64,000 bases of DNA, taken from positions 960 to 64,959 of the forward strand of contig DETJ01000039.1 of NCBI GenBank assembly GCA_002361595.1. Direction: 5' to 3'. The position numbers and the translations under genes are program-made. Shown in pieces: positions 1-12,700 of this stretch. Positions within the stretch are counted from its first letter, which is position 1. Each line of letters begins with the position of its first letter. Origin of the DNA: Patescibacteria group bacterium UBA3291 (GTDB lineage Bacteria > Patescibacteriota > Gracilibacteria > Absconditabacterales > Absconditicoccaceae). The notes below the pieces were generated by a model. The model was not told where the DNA came from. It ran no database searches and saw only the letters and a list, made by a program, of their open reading frames with translations.

Positions 1-758
1 CAAGTACAGTATCCACGATAGAATCCGTTTGTTATGTTAGCATTATATGTCCATTTTTTGATAATCTTACTTGAACTAGATGATGTAGTTGTAGGAGTAG
101 TAGATCCACCACCTTGTGAACCTCATTGTGAAGGTTTAGTAGTAGTAGGTTTACTAGTCGTTGTAGTTGGCTTTGGTTTAGGTTTAACTACAGGAATACT
201 CAAATCTGGTTGAGCTTTATCAATAAATCCTGGAATATTATTAGCTTTTTCTTCTGAAAGATTGATGAAGATTTCCTGTCCTTCATAAAGAATTTCGCTA
301 TCATCAGTAATATAGTTCAATGTCATCAAATCTTTTAAATCCAATCCATACTTATTGGCAAAGACTTTGATATTTTGATTTTCCCTAACCTTATAAAGAA
401 TTCAGTCTTCTTCATTAGTTACGACAATTTTTTGTCAAGGTTTAATCTTTGAAATTCAGTTTATCTTCTTAAGATTTGAAACTGTCGTTCAGAATTCAGT
501 TGCGATAGATTCAAATGTATCTCATTCCTGAACTATATACTGCACAACGGCAACATCTTCAGATTCCATTGAGATACTCATCGCATCCAAATTAATGGCC
601 ACATCCTTGGATCAGTTTGACACAAAAGTAGGATTTACATACTGTAAATCTGTGCTAGTACAACATTTATCTGCTACTGCAACAAGGACACCAAATATTA
701 ATAAGCAGGCAATTGTAAGAAATATTCTAATCTTACTTACCTTACGAGTTCTAGTCAT
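1..758 (-). CDS. Secreted LysM-domain peptidoglycan hydrolase: N-terminal signal anchor, LysM repeats, Pro/Thr linker, then the start of a CHAP/NlpC-P60-like domain. The 3' end runs off the window.
   Basis: Code-25 translation gives MTRTRKVSKIRIFLTIACLLIFGVLVAVA..., then YIVQEGDTFESIATEFGTTVSNLKKINGISKIKPGQKIVV (classic LysM; four of its Gly are TGA). A second LysM-like block follows, then PKPKPTTTTSKPTTTKP and NGFYRGYCT at the edge. The ATG at 756..758 lies 19 nt downstream of the tRNA-Ser 3' end. Confidence 0.8.
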
Positions 759-776
759 ACAATCAAATAACATAAA

Positions 777-866
777 TGGCGGAGGGGGTGGGATTCGAAC
801 CCACGAACCGAATACTCGGTTAACAGTTTTCAAGACTGCCGCGTTCAACCGCTCTGCCACCCCTCC
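777..866 (-). tRNA. tRNA-Ser, anticodon UGA (reads UCN), long variable arm, CCA encoded
   Basis: The reverse complement reads GGAGGGGTGGCAGAGCGGTTGAACGCGGCAGTCTTGAAAACTGTTAACCGAGTATTCGGTTCGTGGGTTCGAATCCCACCCCCTCCGCCA. The acceptor stem is 7 bp. The anticodon loop is CTTGAAA. There is a long extra arm and a GGTTCGAATCC T-loop. Confidence 0.9.
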
Positions 867-1028
867 ACATGAGAATTCATTTCACACTTTAATAATGAAA
901 CAATAGGAATTCACTGCGGCTGAACTTTATTGCGTTTATAATTATATACATTTCAGATTGATTTTCAAGTCTGATATGATTATACTATTATTATAAAGAA
1001 TATTTAATATTTACATATTTCAAAAATA

Positions 1029-1565
1029 ATGTATAACACTATAGAACAAGTAAAAGCATTTTACCCACTTCAGACCTGACAAGACAATAAAATTTTGAGA
1101 AAAAAATCTGAGAATGTTGACATTTTTGATGATGAAATCAAAGAATTTGCTGAAATTTTATTAGATCTGATGTATGCATATGATTGAGTAGGTTTAGCAG
1201 CTCCTCAAGTAGGAAAAAATATTCGCGTAATAGCTACTACTCAATGGAAAGAAGTGAAAAAATGACGCAAAAATAATAGGGAAATAATTTGAGAAACAGC
1301 AATGATAAACCCAGAAATTCTGGATCATTCTGAAGAAAAGAAAAAATGAGAAGAAGCATGTCTTTCAGTTCCATGACTTTGCGGTGATGTGGAGAGATGG
1401 ACTCGAATTGTGGTAAAATATCAGGATAAGAAGTGAAAGCAACACGTACAGAAATACACATGATTTAGTGCTGTAGTAATCCAGCATGAAATGGACCATC
1501 TGGACTGAGTATTATTTACTGATAAAGTCGTATGAGAAATAAGAAAAATTAAAGATCAATACTAA
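1029..1565 (+). CDS. def: Peptide deformylase
   Basis: Motifs GLAAPQVG, EACLSVPG and QHEMDHLDG are present. The Gly in the last two is TGA. Confidence 0.9.
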
Positions 1566-1589
1566 TTTATATTTTTTATTTCAAATAAT

Positions 1590-4097
1590 ATGATAAAAAA
1601 GTATTGGAAAAAAGTCTGATTTTTTTCCTTTTTGGTCAGTATTATTTTTTGAAATTTAGCTTTTGCAAGCGAATTTGATGTAACTAATTATGATATAAAA
1701 GCGAATATTAGAATTGATGGAACTATAGATGTGAACGAAAAAATTGATGTAAATTTCCACAAATATATGCATGGAATAGAGAGATTTTTCGAGAAATTTT
1801 ATGATGTAGGAGATTTTAAATTTAAGACAATTTATGATAATATTGAGGTAATCGGAGATAATTATCAGAATTTTGATGAATATAATGAAGTATATACTAG
1901 AATCTGAGATGCAGACGAAACTATAATCTGACAGCACCAATATAATATAAATTATACTACATACTGATTGATTAGAAATTTCTCATGAATGTGATACTCA
2001 GAATTATATTGGAATGTAATATGATATGACTGGTGAAATAATATAAATAAAGTAAAAATTCAGATATCATTGCCAAAATCTTATACATGATTTACTATGG
2101 ATGATTTCCTAATTTCTGCTGGATATTCGTATGAAGAAAATGAAGAGTTTGGATGAGAAATCAGCTGGGATGAGAATAATATCTATATTTCATATGATAG
2201 AAATCTGCGTCCTTATGAATGAATTACTTTGGCTGTAAAGTTTCCAAATGATTATTTTGAGTATGATCATGAAAAACAGGCTAGTTTATTTGTGGGATAT
2301 ACTCGTGATTATAATATAGAAAAGTATAAAATTTCATGAACAATACAGAAAGATGGAAACGTCAAATTTCAGGATGAAATCGAATTAAATATACTGAATG
2401 AGAATCCTTTTATTAGATGACTTCTGCCATATAGATATCAAGTGGATGGAAATCCTTATTTAGTCAAACTGAAAGATATTATCATAAATTGAACAGAAAT
2501 ATCATGAGATGAATATGATACATCAAATAGTTATAAAATAGTTTATCCTGAAGTCTTTAGCTGAAAATCGAGTATTTCGGCAAATTACTCAGTCTATGGA
2601 TTGATTAGACCTTTCTCAGGAGATTTCAGCGACTGGACTTACAATTCTTTTGCGACTTCTGGAGATTTTGATGAATGGGGATACAGATTATATTTGAAAT
2701 TACCTATGTTAGATTTGAATGAAAAAATCAAAAATTTGGAAATAAATCTGGATATTCCAGGTGGTTGTAGTGCAATTTATTTGGAGGATATATATCTAAA
2801 CCTTTGAAAATGATTTATAAATGCGAATGAATTTACTGAAACTTATGGAAGTATCTGATGTAATGATGATAAATTGGTGCTAGTTTATACCTGAGAAATC
2901 GATAATTATAAAAATATACAATTAAACATAAATTTCGTGAAATGAACTTTTGATTTAGATGAAGACTTATTGGATGCTTTGGCTGCTCTTGGAAATTGAG
3001 ACTTCTATTATAAAGATAAAATGAATACTCCATCACGGATATTTTTAATTTGAATGTTGATTTTTGGATGATGATTTGGGGCATTAATGTCCAAAAGGTA
3101 CAAAAAAGATATTAAAAATAATAAATTTATCGTCCAGTATGATGCTCCAAAATGAGTAGAACCACCTGAAACTGGAATATTGATTGATGATAAATTAGAT
3201 CCAAAAGATATTACATCTTTGATTTATCGATGGGCAAGTAATAAGTACATTAAAATCTGTGCTGAGGATGAGAAGGATAAGAAGAATAAGAAATTTTATA
3301 TAAAAAAACTGAAAGATTTACCAGAATCTACGAAAGATTATCAGAAAAATCTATTCAAAAAAATATTTGCTAATAGTAATGAATTTTATCTTTCGAAGAA
3401 TAAAAGTAAATTTTCTGAATATCTAACTAGTGCTGAGAAAGACTTGAAAACTTATATAAACTGAGAAAAACGATATAAATGTGATTTCTGAAATGTGGCT
3501 ATAAATGCTTATTCATTCAAAAGTGATACAAAAAGTTTAATATTTTGGATTGCTGTAATTTGGTGTATTGCTTATTGTTTCAGTGTCACTTGGATAAATT
3601 CAACCCTGAATCCTGTGTGGTCGTGAATGATTTGGGTTTTCTGGATTTGATTAGCCTGAATTATATGTACATATAGAAATAAAGAAAAAGAGCAATGAAC
3701 TACGAAATGAATCGAATTCCGCCAACATTGTTTGTGATTTAAGGATTTTCTATATAAAGTAGATAAGAAAAAGATAGAAGAATTAACTAAGCAGGATCCT
3801 TTATTTGTAGAAAAATCTCTGCCTTTTGCTGTAGTATTTGGAATAGAAACTGAATTTATCAAAAAAATCACACCAGAAATGTTGAGCTGGTATGATGGAA
3901 GTTTGAATAGCTTATTGTCATCTGTAGATTATATTAAAAGCTTTGCATCAGTTCCAACTTATCATAGTTACAGTGGTAGAAGCTCAAGCAGTTATAGTTA
4001 CAGCTCATCTTCATGACACAGCTGAGGTTCATCATTTAGTAGTGGATGATTTTCAAGTGGATGATGAGGTGGATGAGGATGAGGAAGATGATGGTAA
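1590..4097 (+). CDS. DUF2207-family membrane protein
   Basis: It has a signal peptide (MIKKYWKKVGFFSFLVSIIFGNLAFA), a large extracytoplasmic part and TM helices near residue 630. The family-typical Ser/Gly tail reads SSGGFSSGGGGGGGGGRGW when TGA is read as Gly. Track ORFs 2601.. and 3180.. are in the same frame. Confidence 0.75.
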
Positions 4098-4832
4098 TTA
4101 TTTCTTACTCTTCTCGTAATAATTCTGAGCTGCTGATTCTTGGGCTTTCTTCTTGTTTACTCATGTTCATTCGGCAGCTTTTTCATTATTTATAAATAAT
4201 TCTGATTTGTACAATAAAACATTTCCTTTTTTATCAATTTCTGCTTCTGTTTCACGATATTCTGGAATTTGTTTAGTATCTTTTTGAACAATTTCTTGAA
4301 CTAGAGTTTTGTATGATTTGACTGGATGAGTGGAAATTGTAGCCATAAATGGATAGAGATATTTTTCTACGAAATTCAGCACTTCATCTGGACCAAAATC
4401 TATATAAAGATATCCAAGCAACGCTTCGAATGCATCTCAAAGGATTGTCTCCTTTTCACGTCAGTTATTATTTTCCTCTCATTTGGAGATGAATAGTTGT
4501 TGATTTAGTCAGATTTTTTTGGCTGCTTCCGCTAAAGTTTCTTCACGAACGAGAGCGATTTTGTAAAGTGTCATCGTAGATTCTGCCATCTCTGGATGGT
4601 TGATGAAAAGAAGTTTAGCTACACATGCTCACAGAATTGAATCTCCTAGAAATTCAAGTCTTTCATTATGTGAAGTGATAACTTTGAAATCAGCAGCGTA
4701 TGATTTATGCATAAAAGCAACTAGAAAAAGATCCACATTTTTGATTTGTGTTTCATCTATTCATAATCATTTTACATATTCACGTAAGGCTTTTTCCTGC
4801 TTGCGGACTTCTTCTGGTACCAATAAATCCAT
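4098..4832 (-). CDS. rnc: Ribonuclease III
   Basis: It contains NERLEFLGDSILG (the RNase III signature), FEALLGYLYIDFG and a C-terminal dsRBD-like segment. The gene is convergent with the DUF2207 gene and directly abuts its stop. Confidence 0.9.
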
Positions 4833-4903
4833 TTGAAATAATATTATATAAACCTATTTCAGAATAATTTTAGAAACCTAAATTTCAAGAGTATAAAGTC
4901 AGA

Positions 4904-5359
4904 TTACTTTTTGTCTTTATGTATACGTTCTTTGATTATTTTTTCTGCTTCTTCATATTTATCCATAAATTTGTATCTCGTAATTTCATCATTTCATGTC
5001 ATAAATTCCAAACTTCAAAGTCAAAAAACTGAATGAACATTTATGCTATTAATTTTATCATAAGGGATTTCTTTTTTATCTTTCACTATGATTCAGCTTT
5101 CAATTCTGATGCAATTTTTTCAGATTACTAGGACGTTTACATATTCCTCAAACGCAACTATTGCAATAATTAATTCTACCAAAAAGAAAAACTGCAGAAG
5201 TGAATTATTTCACATTGTCCCCAAATCCAATACAAATAGGCATATAAACATCATAAATAGCACAATAACAAACGCTATTCACAGCAAAATATATATAGCA
5301 TTACATTTTCTGCAAGTTATTTCTTTTTCTTCGTGTTGTTCTGCTTTGTGCTGTTGCAT
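4904..5359 (-). CDS. Small membrane protein with a bacterial PH (bPH_2-like) domain
   Basis: Two TM segments are followed by IRIESGIIVKDKKEIPYDKINSINVHSVFGLGSLEFMTGNDEITRYKF. There is no TAA or TAG in 151 codons. Confidence 0.6.
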
Positions 5360-5381
5360 CGATGAAATTAATAATTAAATT

Positions 5382-6983
5382 TTATTCTTGATTATCCTCC
5401 GGATCTTCTGATCTTTCTTCAGTTTTATTTTCTTCTTTTGATAAAGGAGGAATTGGTGCTATATCTAGTTTATAAGTAAATTTTTGATTAGCTATTCATG
5501 GAAAATTTTCATTTCATAATACGAAATCATCTCACAAAGTGACTGTCACATATGCTCTATTTGTCCAATATTCGATAAAATTTCATTCAGAATCATATTC
5601 AGCTTCTACACTTCATGTATCTACTCTGATGTCCTGAATAGGGAAAAAAGTCTGAATTGCTTCAACTGTTCCACTAAAATCTCATACCATATTGATGGTG
5701 ATATAACTATGATCTGTAGGGTCTCAATTAGTTACATTTGTTACATTCAGTCAGTATTTAACCATTTTTACTCAGAATCTAGTTGCTATTTGAGATTTTC
5801 ATAATCAATGAGAACTGAGAACTGATGGAGTAATAGCATTCACTACTTCTACACTAGCTTTTTCTGTAAGGAATTTACGATGAGTAAGTAAAAATGTAAC
5901 GAATGTTTTCATTTCATCGTAATAATTTACATTACCAGCACTTGCTCCATCTGGGAGTAATACTGACATTCAGTTAAACTGCGACATTGGAGGATTGTAC
6001 AAGAAACATCATGGAACCATCCTAGTCACATCTCTATCTCCACACGTGGATGTATAACCAAATGATGAGAATTCTTTTATTTCTGGTAAGAACTGAACTG
6101 TTCGGAGCATTTCTTGTGCTGAAATATTTGTCTGAATATATTTTTTATATTGATCATAAAGCTGCGTTGCAGTAGATATACTCAATCCTTGTTCTAGCAT
6201 TTTATCTTTGATAGCTATAATCAGTTTCTGCTGACGTTTAGCACGATCAAAATCTGAAGTAGAATGACGAGATCTAGCATATTTTAGTGCTGTATTTCAG
6301 TCTAAATGCTGCTCTCCTGCATCGATATGGAAAGTAGTATAATCTATCATATTGTCGGCAGGATATGATGTATCATGAATTGTTTTGTCTACATAAACAT
6401 CTACTCATCCAAGAGAATCTACGATTTCTTTGAATGTCTGGAAATCTATAGTCGCATAATATGGAATATCTAGTCCTAATATTTCTCCTACCTTTCATGC
6501 AAATCAAAGAGCTGATTCTTCTACAGATTGAGTTCTACTGTAATATTGCTGGAAAATAGCATTAATTCTTCCATATGAACCATTTACAGGACTCTTTACA
6601 TACAAGTCACGAGGAATAGAGAATAGTGTTACATTATTTTCATCAGGATTCCATGATGCCACCATTATTGAATCTGTAAGGAATCATCATTGGTGAGTAG
6701 CTCATCCATATCCAAGCAATAATACATTTACGCTATTATATTGATCTTTTTGCATAGGAGTTCATACAGTTCTAGAAACAGATGAAACTATATAACGTTT
6801 TACTGTATCAAAGACTCATTTGAATCATGATATCATTCATACAGATAGGAAAAAGATTACTCATATACATACAAGTATTAAAATAACTTTCAAAAATTTT
6901 TTTCATGCTTGTGTTTTTCTTCTATGTGGTATTGATTTTTTTTGAGAAGAAAGATTTGAAGATGTAAATGATTTATTAGACAT
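5382..6983 (-). CDS. LytR-CpsA-Psr (LCP) family cell-envelope phosphotransferase with a long C-terminal extension
   Basis: An N-terminal TM segment is followed by LLLGYGGATHQGGFLTDSIMVASWNP, FSIPRDLYV, YATIDFQTFKEIVDSLGGVDVYV and LDGNTALKYARSRHSTSDFDRAKRQQ. Confidence 0.85.
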
Positions 6984-7018
6984 TATGCACTAAATATAAA
7001 ATAATTAAAATTTTACGA

Positions 7019-8224
7019 TTATAATGAAGACAATATTTCACTAAACAAAACTATATCTCCTGTAAGGACTGGAAATTGGTTATTTCATTCTCATGATTTT
7101 TTGGTTACATTTCCATCCATTTTTCATGAGAATTTTTGTCCAGATATTAATTCGAGTGGTTCAATAAGGAAATCTGCAGAAAATTTAACAGTATCGCCGT
7201 ATTTTATTTCTCACTGTATATCTGCTACGGTTTGTCTATATTTTATAGCTTGAAAATTAACTGAGTATTCTGATTTTTTGTTTTCTTGTATAGAGAAGAA
7301 AAATTCTGACTCAGAATCTCTATACTGCTGAATATCTTCATCATATTCTCCTATATTGTATATATGAATCTCCAGTCATTTTTTGGATGCTGTAAAAGAT
7401 AGATTAAATGATGAATCTTTTCATTTAAAAGATCATATAAATTCTTTTTTGATATCTCCATCTGATGATTCAGAATATTCGATTTTTTGGCTAAGTAATG
7501 TAAGTTCCTTAGTTGAAATTCATAAATCAATATGAGGATTGATTGTATCAATCATATCTGCTACACTACTCAAGAAATTTGGACTAGATTGAATATTTTT
7601 GGTTTCCAAGACATTTTTTAATGTTCAAATTATGTAAGGAAGTTTTGTGTCTCACTGTTCATCTGCAGTAATAATTCATCCATTCTGAGTCTCCATATCT
7701 ACTCGTTTATCAATTATCATATCTCATAGTAATGTATACATTTTGGCTGTCATATTTCACTCTCCCATAAATACACCAAACCTATGTAAGTTAGCATACA
7801 TTTCATTTCATTTATACAAAAATGTAACATTTCATGATAAATTAAATGGTTCTGGATTATCTTCTTCTTCAGCATTTACATCAAATTCAATATCTGCAGC
7901 TTCTAAATCATGAGATTTTGATGTCTTTATTTGAGAAAATTCTATTCATCACTGAAGTGTAGATTTTTTATCAAATTTTGCACTAAAAGAAAAGTCAGAA
8001 TTATAAGGTTTATCTTCTGTAATTGAAAGTACATTATATGAAATAAAATCCTCGAAATCCTGGATATATTGTGTTTCATCTATTTGTGCATTGAATGTTT
8101 GTTCAACTAATGACAATTCCTCTGGTGTTGTATTTTCAGAATCAAATTTTACTTCTTTAGTATCACTACATCCTGCAATAATAATTGTAGCAATTGAAAG
8201 TAATATAAACAGATTTTTTTTCAT
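7019..8224 (-). CDS. Hypothetical lipoprotein
   Basis: It starts MKKNLFILLSIATIIIAGC (lipobox). I translated all 401 codons by hand and found only TGA interruptions. Track ORF 7351..7551 is in a different, spurious frame. Confidence 0.7.
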
Positions 8225-8301
8225 TTTTATTAAAAACTGTATAGATAAAATTCTCTTCTTTTACTTGTACTAAAATACATCCAAAAATCAAAGGGAAAAA
8301 G

Positions 8302-8328
8302 AAAAAAACCTGAATCTAGGTTCAGGCT
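8302..8328 (-). terminator. Rho-independent terminator downstream of tRNA-Cys
   Basis: On the minus strand the stem is CCTGAA/TTCAGG, followed by a run of T. Confidence 0.6.
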
Positions 8329-8391
8329 TTCTCGTACGGAATTGATTGTCCTAAATAGAACATTCTCTTGGTTCATGTGACAGAAACATCA

Positions 8392-8465
8392 AGGCACCTG
8401 TCGGATTCGAACCGACGAACCAAGGTTTTGCAGACCCGTACAATAGACCACTCTGTCAAGGTGCC
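8392..8465 (-). tRNA. tRNA-Cys, anticodon GCA, U73 discriminator, no encoded CCA
   Basis: The reverse complement reads GGCACCTTGACAGAGTGGTCTATTGTACGGGTCTGCAAAACCTTGGTTCGTCGGTTCGAATCCGACAGGTGCCT. The anticodon loop is CTGCAAA. The T-loop is GGTTCGAATCC. Confidence 0.85.
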
Positions 8466-8519
8466 ATTGCATATGGGCAAATGCATAATAGTGAATAGAT
8501 TATTAAAATCAAGAAATTT

Positions 8520-9731
8520 TTAATTCCTTGGACTTCCTCATCGTTCCACTACTGTGAATCCTGTTCTTTCAGGAGTAGATAGTTGCTGCTCTGGAATATC
8601 AATTGGTTCATCAATAGCTTTCCAATCCATCATTACTCTGATTACTGTATCAGGTGTTGGTGTAATATTTAGTGGCATATTTTCATCTTGCTCTGCTTTA
8701 GTTTCGAATCTAATTAAATTCCATTCATTACCTTCCATCTGAGGAAGCCAGTAAACTATAAATTCTTCTGCTTCTCTTTCATTTAGTCATAGAATTGCAA
8801 GTTTTTCTTCCAAAAATGGGATTGTATCTTCTCATTTTACCACAAATCATTCATCAAAATTATCTTCTGCATACGTTTTTCATTCTCGATATAAAGCATA
8901 GAGTTTTCTTCATGTATCTATATCTTCTAAATCTCCATTTGGTTGTGCTATCACATTTCGTCATCTTTCAGAGTTATATTTTGGATATGTATGTGATAGG
9001 TTTTGTGGACTTCAAAGTTCTACATGAATTTTAGTTTCTGTAGTTGGATAGAGATAAATTATAGGTTTATCTAACATCATTCCTCCAGGATTGGTTCAAC
9101 AAGCCTGCCTACACGATTCATACGCTTTTAATTCATCTTGATATCAATCAAACATTTCATCAATCCACTCATTATAATATGGATTACTTGCTAAACTACC
9201 ATCAGAGCCAAAACTAAAAGTATAACAATTAAATCAGTTGTATCTTTCTTTACACCAATGATCATAATCCTCTTCTGCATAATAAAATTTTAATTCCTCT
9301 CAAATATCTGGCATTTCACAGCTATTTAAACAATCTTTTCGTTTTGGTATTTTACATTTTGAAATGCATCAATTTCAACACATATATCAAAATGGTTCAT
9401 CCTCATGTTTTTCACATTCTTTATAACACTTATTTGAACAATTCGGATCTCTTCGATCATAGTTTCAAGAATCTGAAATTCAAAAATCTATATTTACAGA
9501 AGTTCATGGACACAAAAACTCAACATCAAAATAATTAGGAATAATTCATGCTTTCGTTAATCATGCTCGTACTCATCATATAGCCCATATAAAAGCAAAA
9601 AACATCAAAAAAACCCTCAAGAAATTTTTTCATTTACTAGGCTCCTTAATTAATATCTGTGGAGCACTTTCTACTGAAGCATTTTCTACTGGAGCACTTT
9701 CTGTTGGAATATTTTCTATAATTTCATCCAT
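8520..9731 (-). CDS. Membrane-anchored Cys-rich extracytoplasmic protein of unknown function
   Basis: MDEIIENIPTES... leads into a TM segment (FLRVFLMFFAFIWAIGGV). A Cys-rich region follows (CSNKCYKECEKH..CGNGCISKCKIP..C). Then comes a conserved-looking domain: KPIIYLYPTTETKIHVEL ... FIVYWLPQMEGNEWNLIRF ... TGFTVVE-CGA-GG. The start is 33 nt after the stop of the upstream ATPase gene. Confidence 0.65.
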
Positions 9732-9763
9732 TTTATCAAAAATTATTTAATAAAATTAGCTTT

Positions 9764-12700
9764 TTAAGATTCTTCTCATCATTCTGTTTGTGATTCTGCT
9801 GATGTAGAATTATCTGGTAAATCATTTTCTTCTATTGAAAGTCCAAGTCTTGCCCTAGTTTCAGCATCTACGAATTCTCTTCTTCTTCCATATTTCTTAG
9901 CTGAATATTCCTTCAGAATTGGCACAATTTTCTTATTCTGGTAATCTTTTGTATAAATTGAGTTCATACTAAATACACGTGTAGTAGCATTATCGATATT
10001 TAGTTTGATGTATGATTTATAGTTTGCTATTCATACAATATCCTGTCCAGACAAAACTGGAGAATATTCTTTTTCTAGGAATTCGGCATCTGGTGCACCG
10101 ACTTTGAATGACATCATCGTACCAACGTTACCAAATACGGCAGCTTTTACGTCAGATTTTCATCCTCATGAATCTCCAAGTCATTTAGCAGGATCAAGCT
10201 GTGCGATATACTGGTGTGCCATAATCAATCCAAGTCTATATTTTCTGGCCTCTGATAAGATATCAGCAAACGTTCATGATACGAAGTTCTGGAATTCATC
10301 GACGTAAAGATAGAAATCTTTTCTATCCTTCTCAGGAATTGAAGCTCTAGCCATCGCAGCATTGTAAACTTTAGATACAATAATCATACCTAGAAGCTGA
10401 GCATTCATTTCTCAGATTTTACCTTTTGAAAGATTAATAAGGAGAATCTTCTGATTATTCATAATATCATCAAATTTGAACGCTGATTTTGTTTGTCAGA
10501 TAATATTTCTGATAAGTCTGTTTGTATTAAATGATACGAATTTAGAAGAGAAATATGGAATAATCTCCTGTTTTTCTCTATCTCACATCGCATTATAAGT
10601 TTTTTCCCACCAGTTCTTTACGACTGCGTTGGTTACTTTCTTTAGTTTAAATTCACGATATCCATCATCTGTAAAGAGTCTAGTTACATCAAGTAATGTT
10701 GGTCTATCTTCAAAATCCTCAAGTAAAGTCAAACTTCCATATTTAAAATATTCCTGAATTCTTGGTCAGAATATTTCTGGTCCAAACATTTTCAAGAAAA
10801 TCTCTGTAGCATCGTTTACCGTTCTATCCGCCTGATCTAGATTGTCAATTTCATAAAGATTAAGTCACATTGGCCTCTCTTCATCTCATGCCTCGAAATA
10901 TACTACATCTTTCGCTCTTTCCTTTGGAATATAAGCAAGCATATCTTCTGCTAAATCTCCATGTGGATCGATAAGACAGATTCCATCACCATTCCAGATA
11001 TCCTGTCTAGCAATAGTTTGCAAAAATACTGATTTTCAGGTACCTGATTTTCATATACAATAATGATGTCTAGTTCTATCATCACGTTTGATATATACTG
11101 GAGAATAAACATTTCTATAAATATTTACTCATAGAAGAACTCATCATTTATAGATTTTATATCATTTAACTACTTTTTCTTTTGGTATATTCAAAGATAT
11201 TTTTCCATCTTCTCATACTACGATATTATTCTTTGCTAAATCTTTTTCTGAACACTCTGAAATTGGTTTCAAAATATTCTCTTTTTTTACAAATTTTATC
11301 GCTATATTTCCATCCTTTTCTACGATATTATTTTTTGATTTTTCTTCTTCTGAACATTCTATAATTGGTTTCAAATTTTCTCATTTTTCATCCATTTTCA
11401 TATATATAATTTCATCTTTCTCTATTATATTATGTTCTGATATTTCTTTTTCTGAACATTCTGAAAGAATTTTTATAGTTTCCTCCTCTTGTGTAACTTC
11501 AACAAAAATTGAACCACCTTTTTCTACGATATTATGATTCTTTTTATCTTTTGAACTACATTCTTCTAATGGTTTTAGATTTTCAGATTGTTCTATTCTT
11601 GTTCATACTGCCCAATGGTTTGGATATTCATCCAAAATCGCTGACAGATTTCATTTCTTGTATTTTTCTGCTAATATTCATGATATTACACGACCATTTC
11701 GTCCACTATCATCAAACATTGGTAAATTACTTGGAGGTGCTATAACTTTATATTGCATCCATTCAATAGCTGGTGAACGGTTATATAATCCATCTGGGAA
11801 ATGGTACAATGAACATAATTCATTAGTTGAAAAATATGAATATCTAGAGAAGAATCATGTTAAATACATTTGTACAGCGGCTCTCCATAATGGAATATAG
11901 AAGGCTCCAAAAATATCGTGTTTAAAATTTGATGATCAGAGAGCATTACTATATTCATCACTATAAACGTTATATGCACTTTCTAGATTATTTAATATTT
12001 CTTTTGCTCTTCATTTTACATTACTAGATGCAATTATTGAAATTGTAGAACGGAATGTTGGATTGGCTGCTTCTTCTCACATAGCATTTCTACTATCTTC
12101 CTTTGCTTTTACCATACGAACCATTGTTACATCTTTTTCTTCTTTTTTATTAGAAACCAATTGATTTCTTGGTCAGAAGATAGCATATTCAATCCATTTG
12201 AATGGATTAATCAGATTTTTGAAACTCCATCGTTGTGATTCATATAGATCAAGATTTTTGTATAATCTGTCTGCTGCAATTTCTCTACGAGAATTGAAAC
12301 TTGAATTTTCTGGTTTAGCTACTAAAACAATACTAACTGTATCTTCTGCGCTTACCTTACCCATTGAATCTATAATATTATTGATTGGATCGTCTGGAAT
12401 ATTTTTGTAAAGTTTGATAGTATATAATGGATCTTTTGTAGTTTCAAGGACCTGAATATCCGAATATTTTTTCTTGAAAAATTTTGGTCTAGCTACAGTT
12501 TCGATGGAAGCTGCAGAATACTGTGATGCTATCGCACTTTCTACCATATCCTGATATTCTGGATATGTTCACACCAAACAAGAAAGCTGTCCATCTTCGT
12601 ACTGGTATATGAAAACTAATTTATGCTTTCAAAAAACTTTTCACATAAACTTTTCATATGTACTTATTTCATTCATTTTGTGCAAATTTCATAGAACCTG

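Noticed and set aside
595-906. ORFs 595..906 (+) and 612..860 (-).
   Set aside because: Both overlap the tRNA-Ser gene. Only the distal part of the minus-strand frame (from the ATG at 758) is used, as the signal-anchor N-terminus of the LysM protein.
7351-7551. Track ORF 7351..7551 (-) ending in TAG, suggesting a gene boundary or frameshift inside 7019..8224.
   Set aside because: It is in a different frame from the 401-codon lipoprotein frame, which runs uninterrupted from 8224 to 7019. Its product is an Ile/Leu-rich low-complexity sequence.
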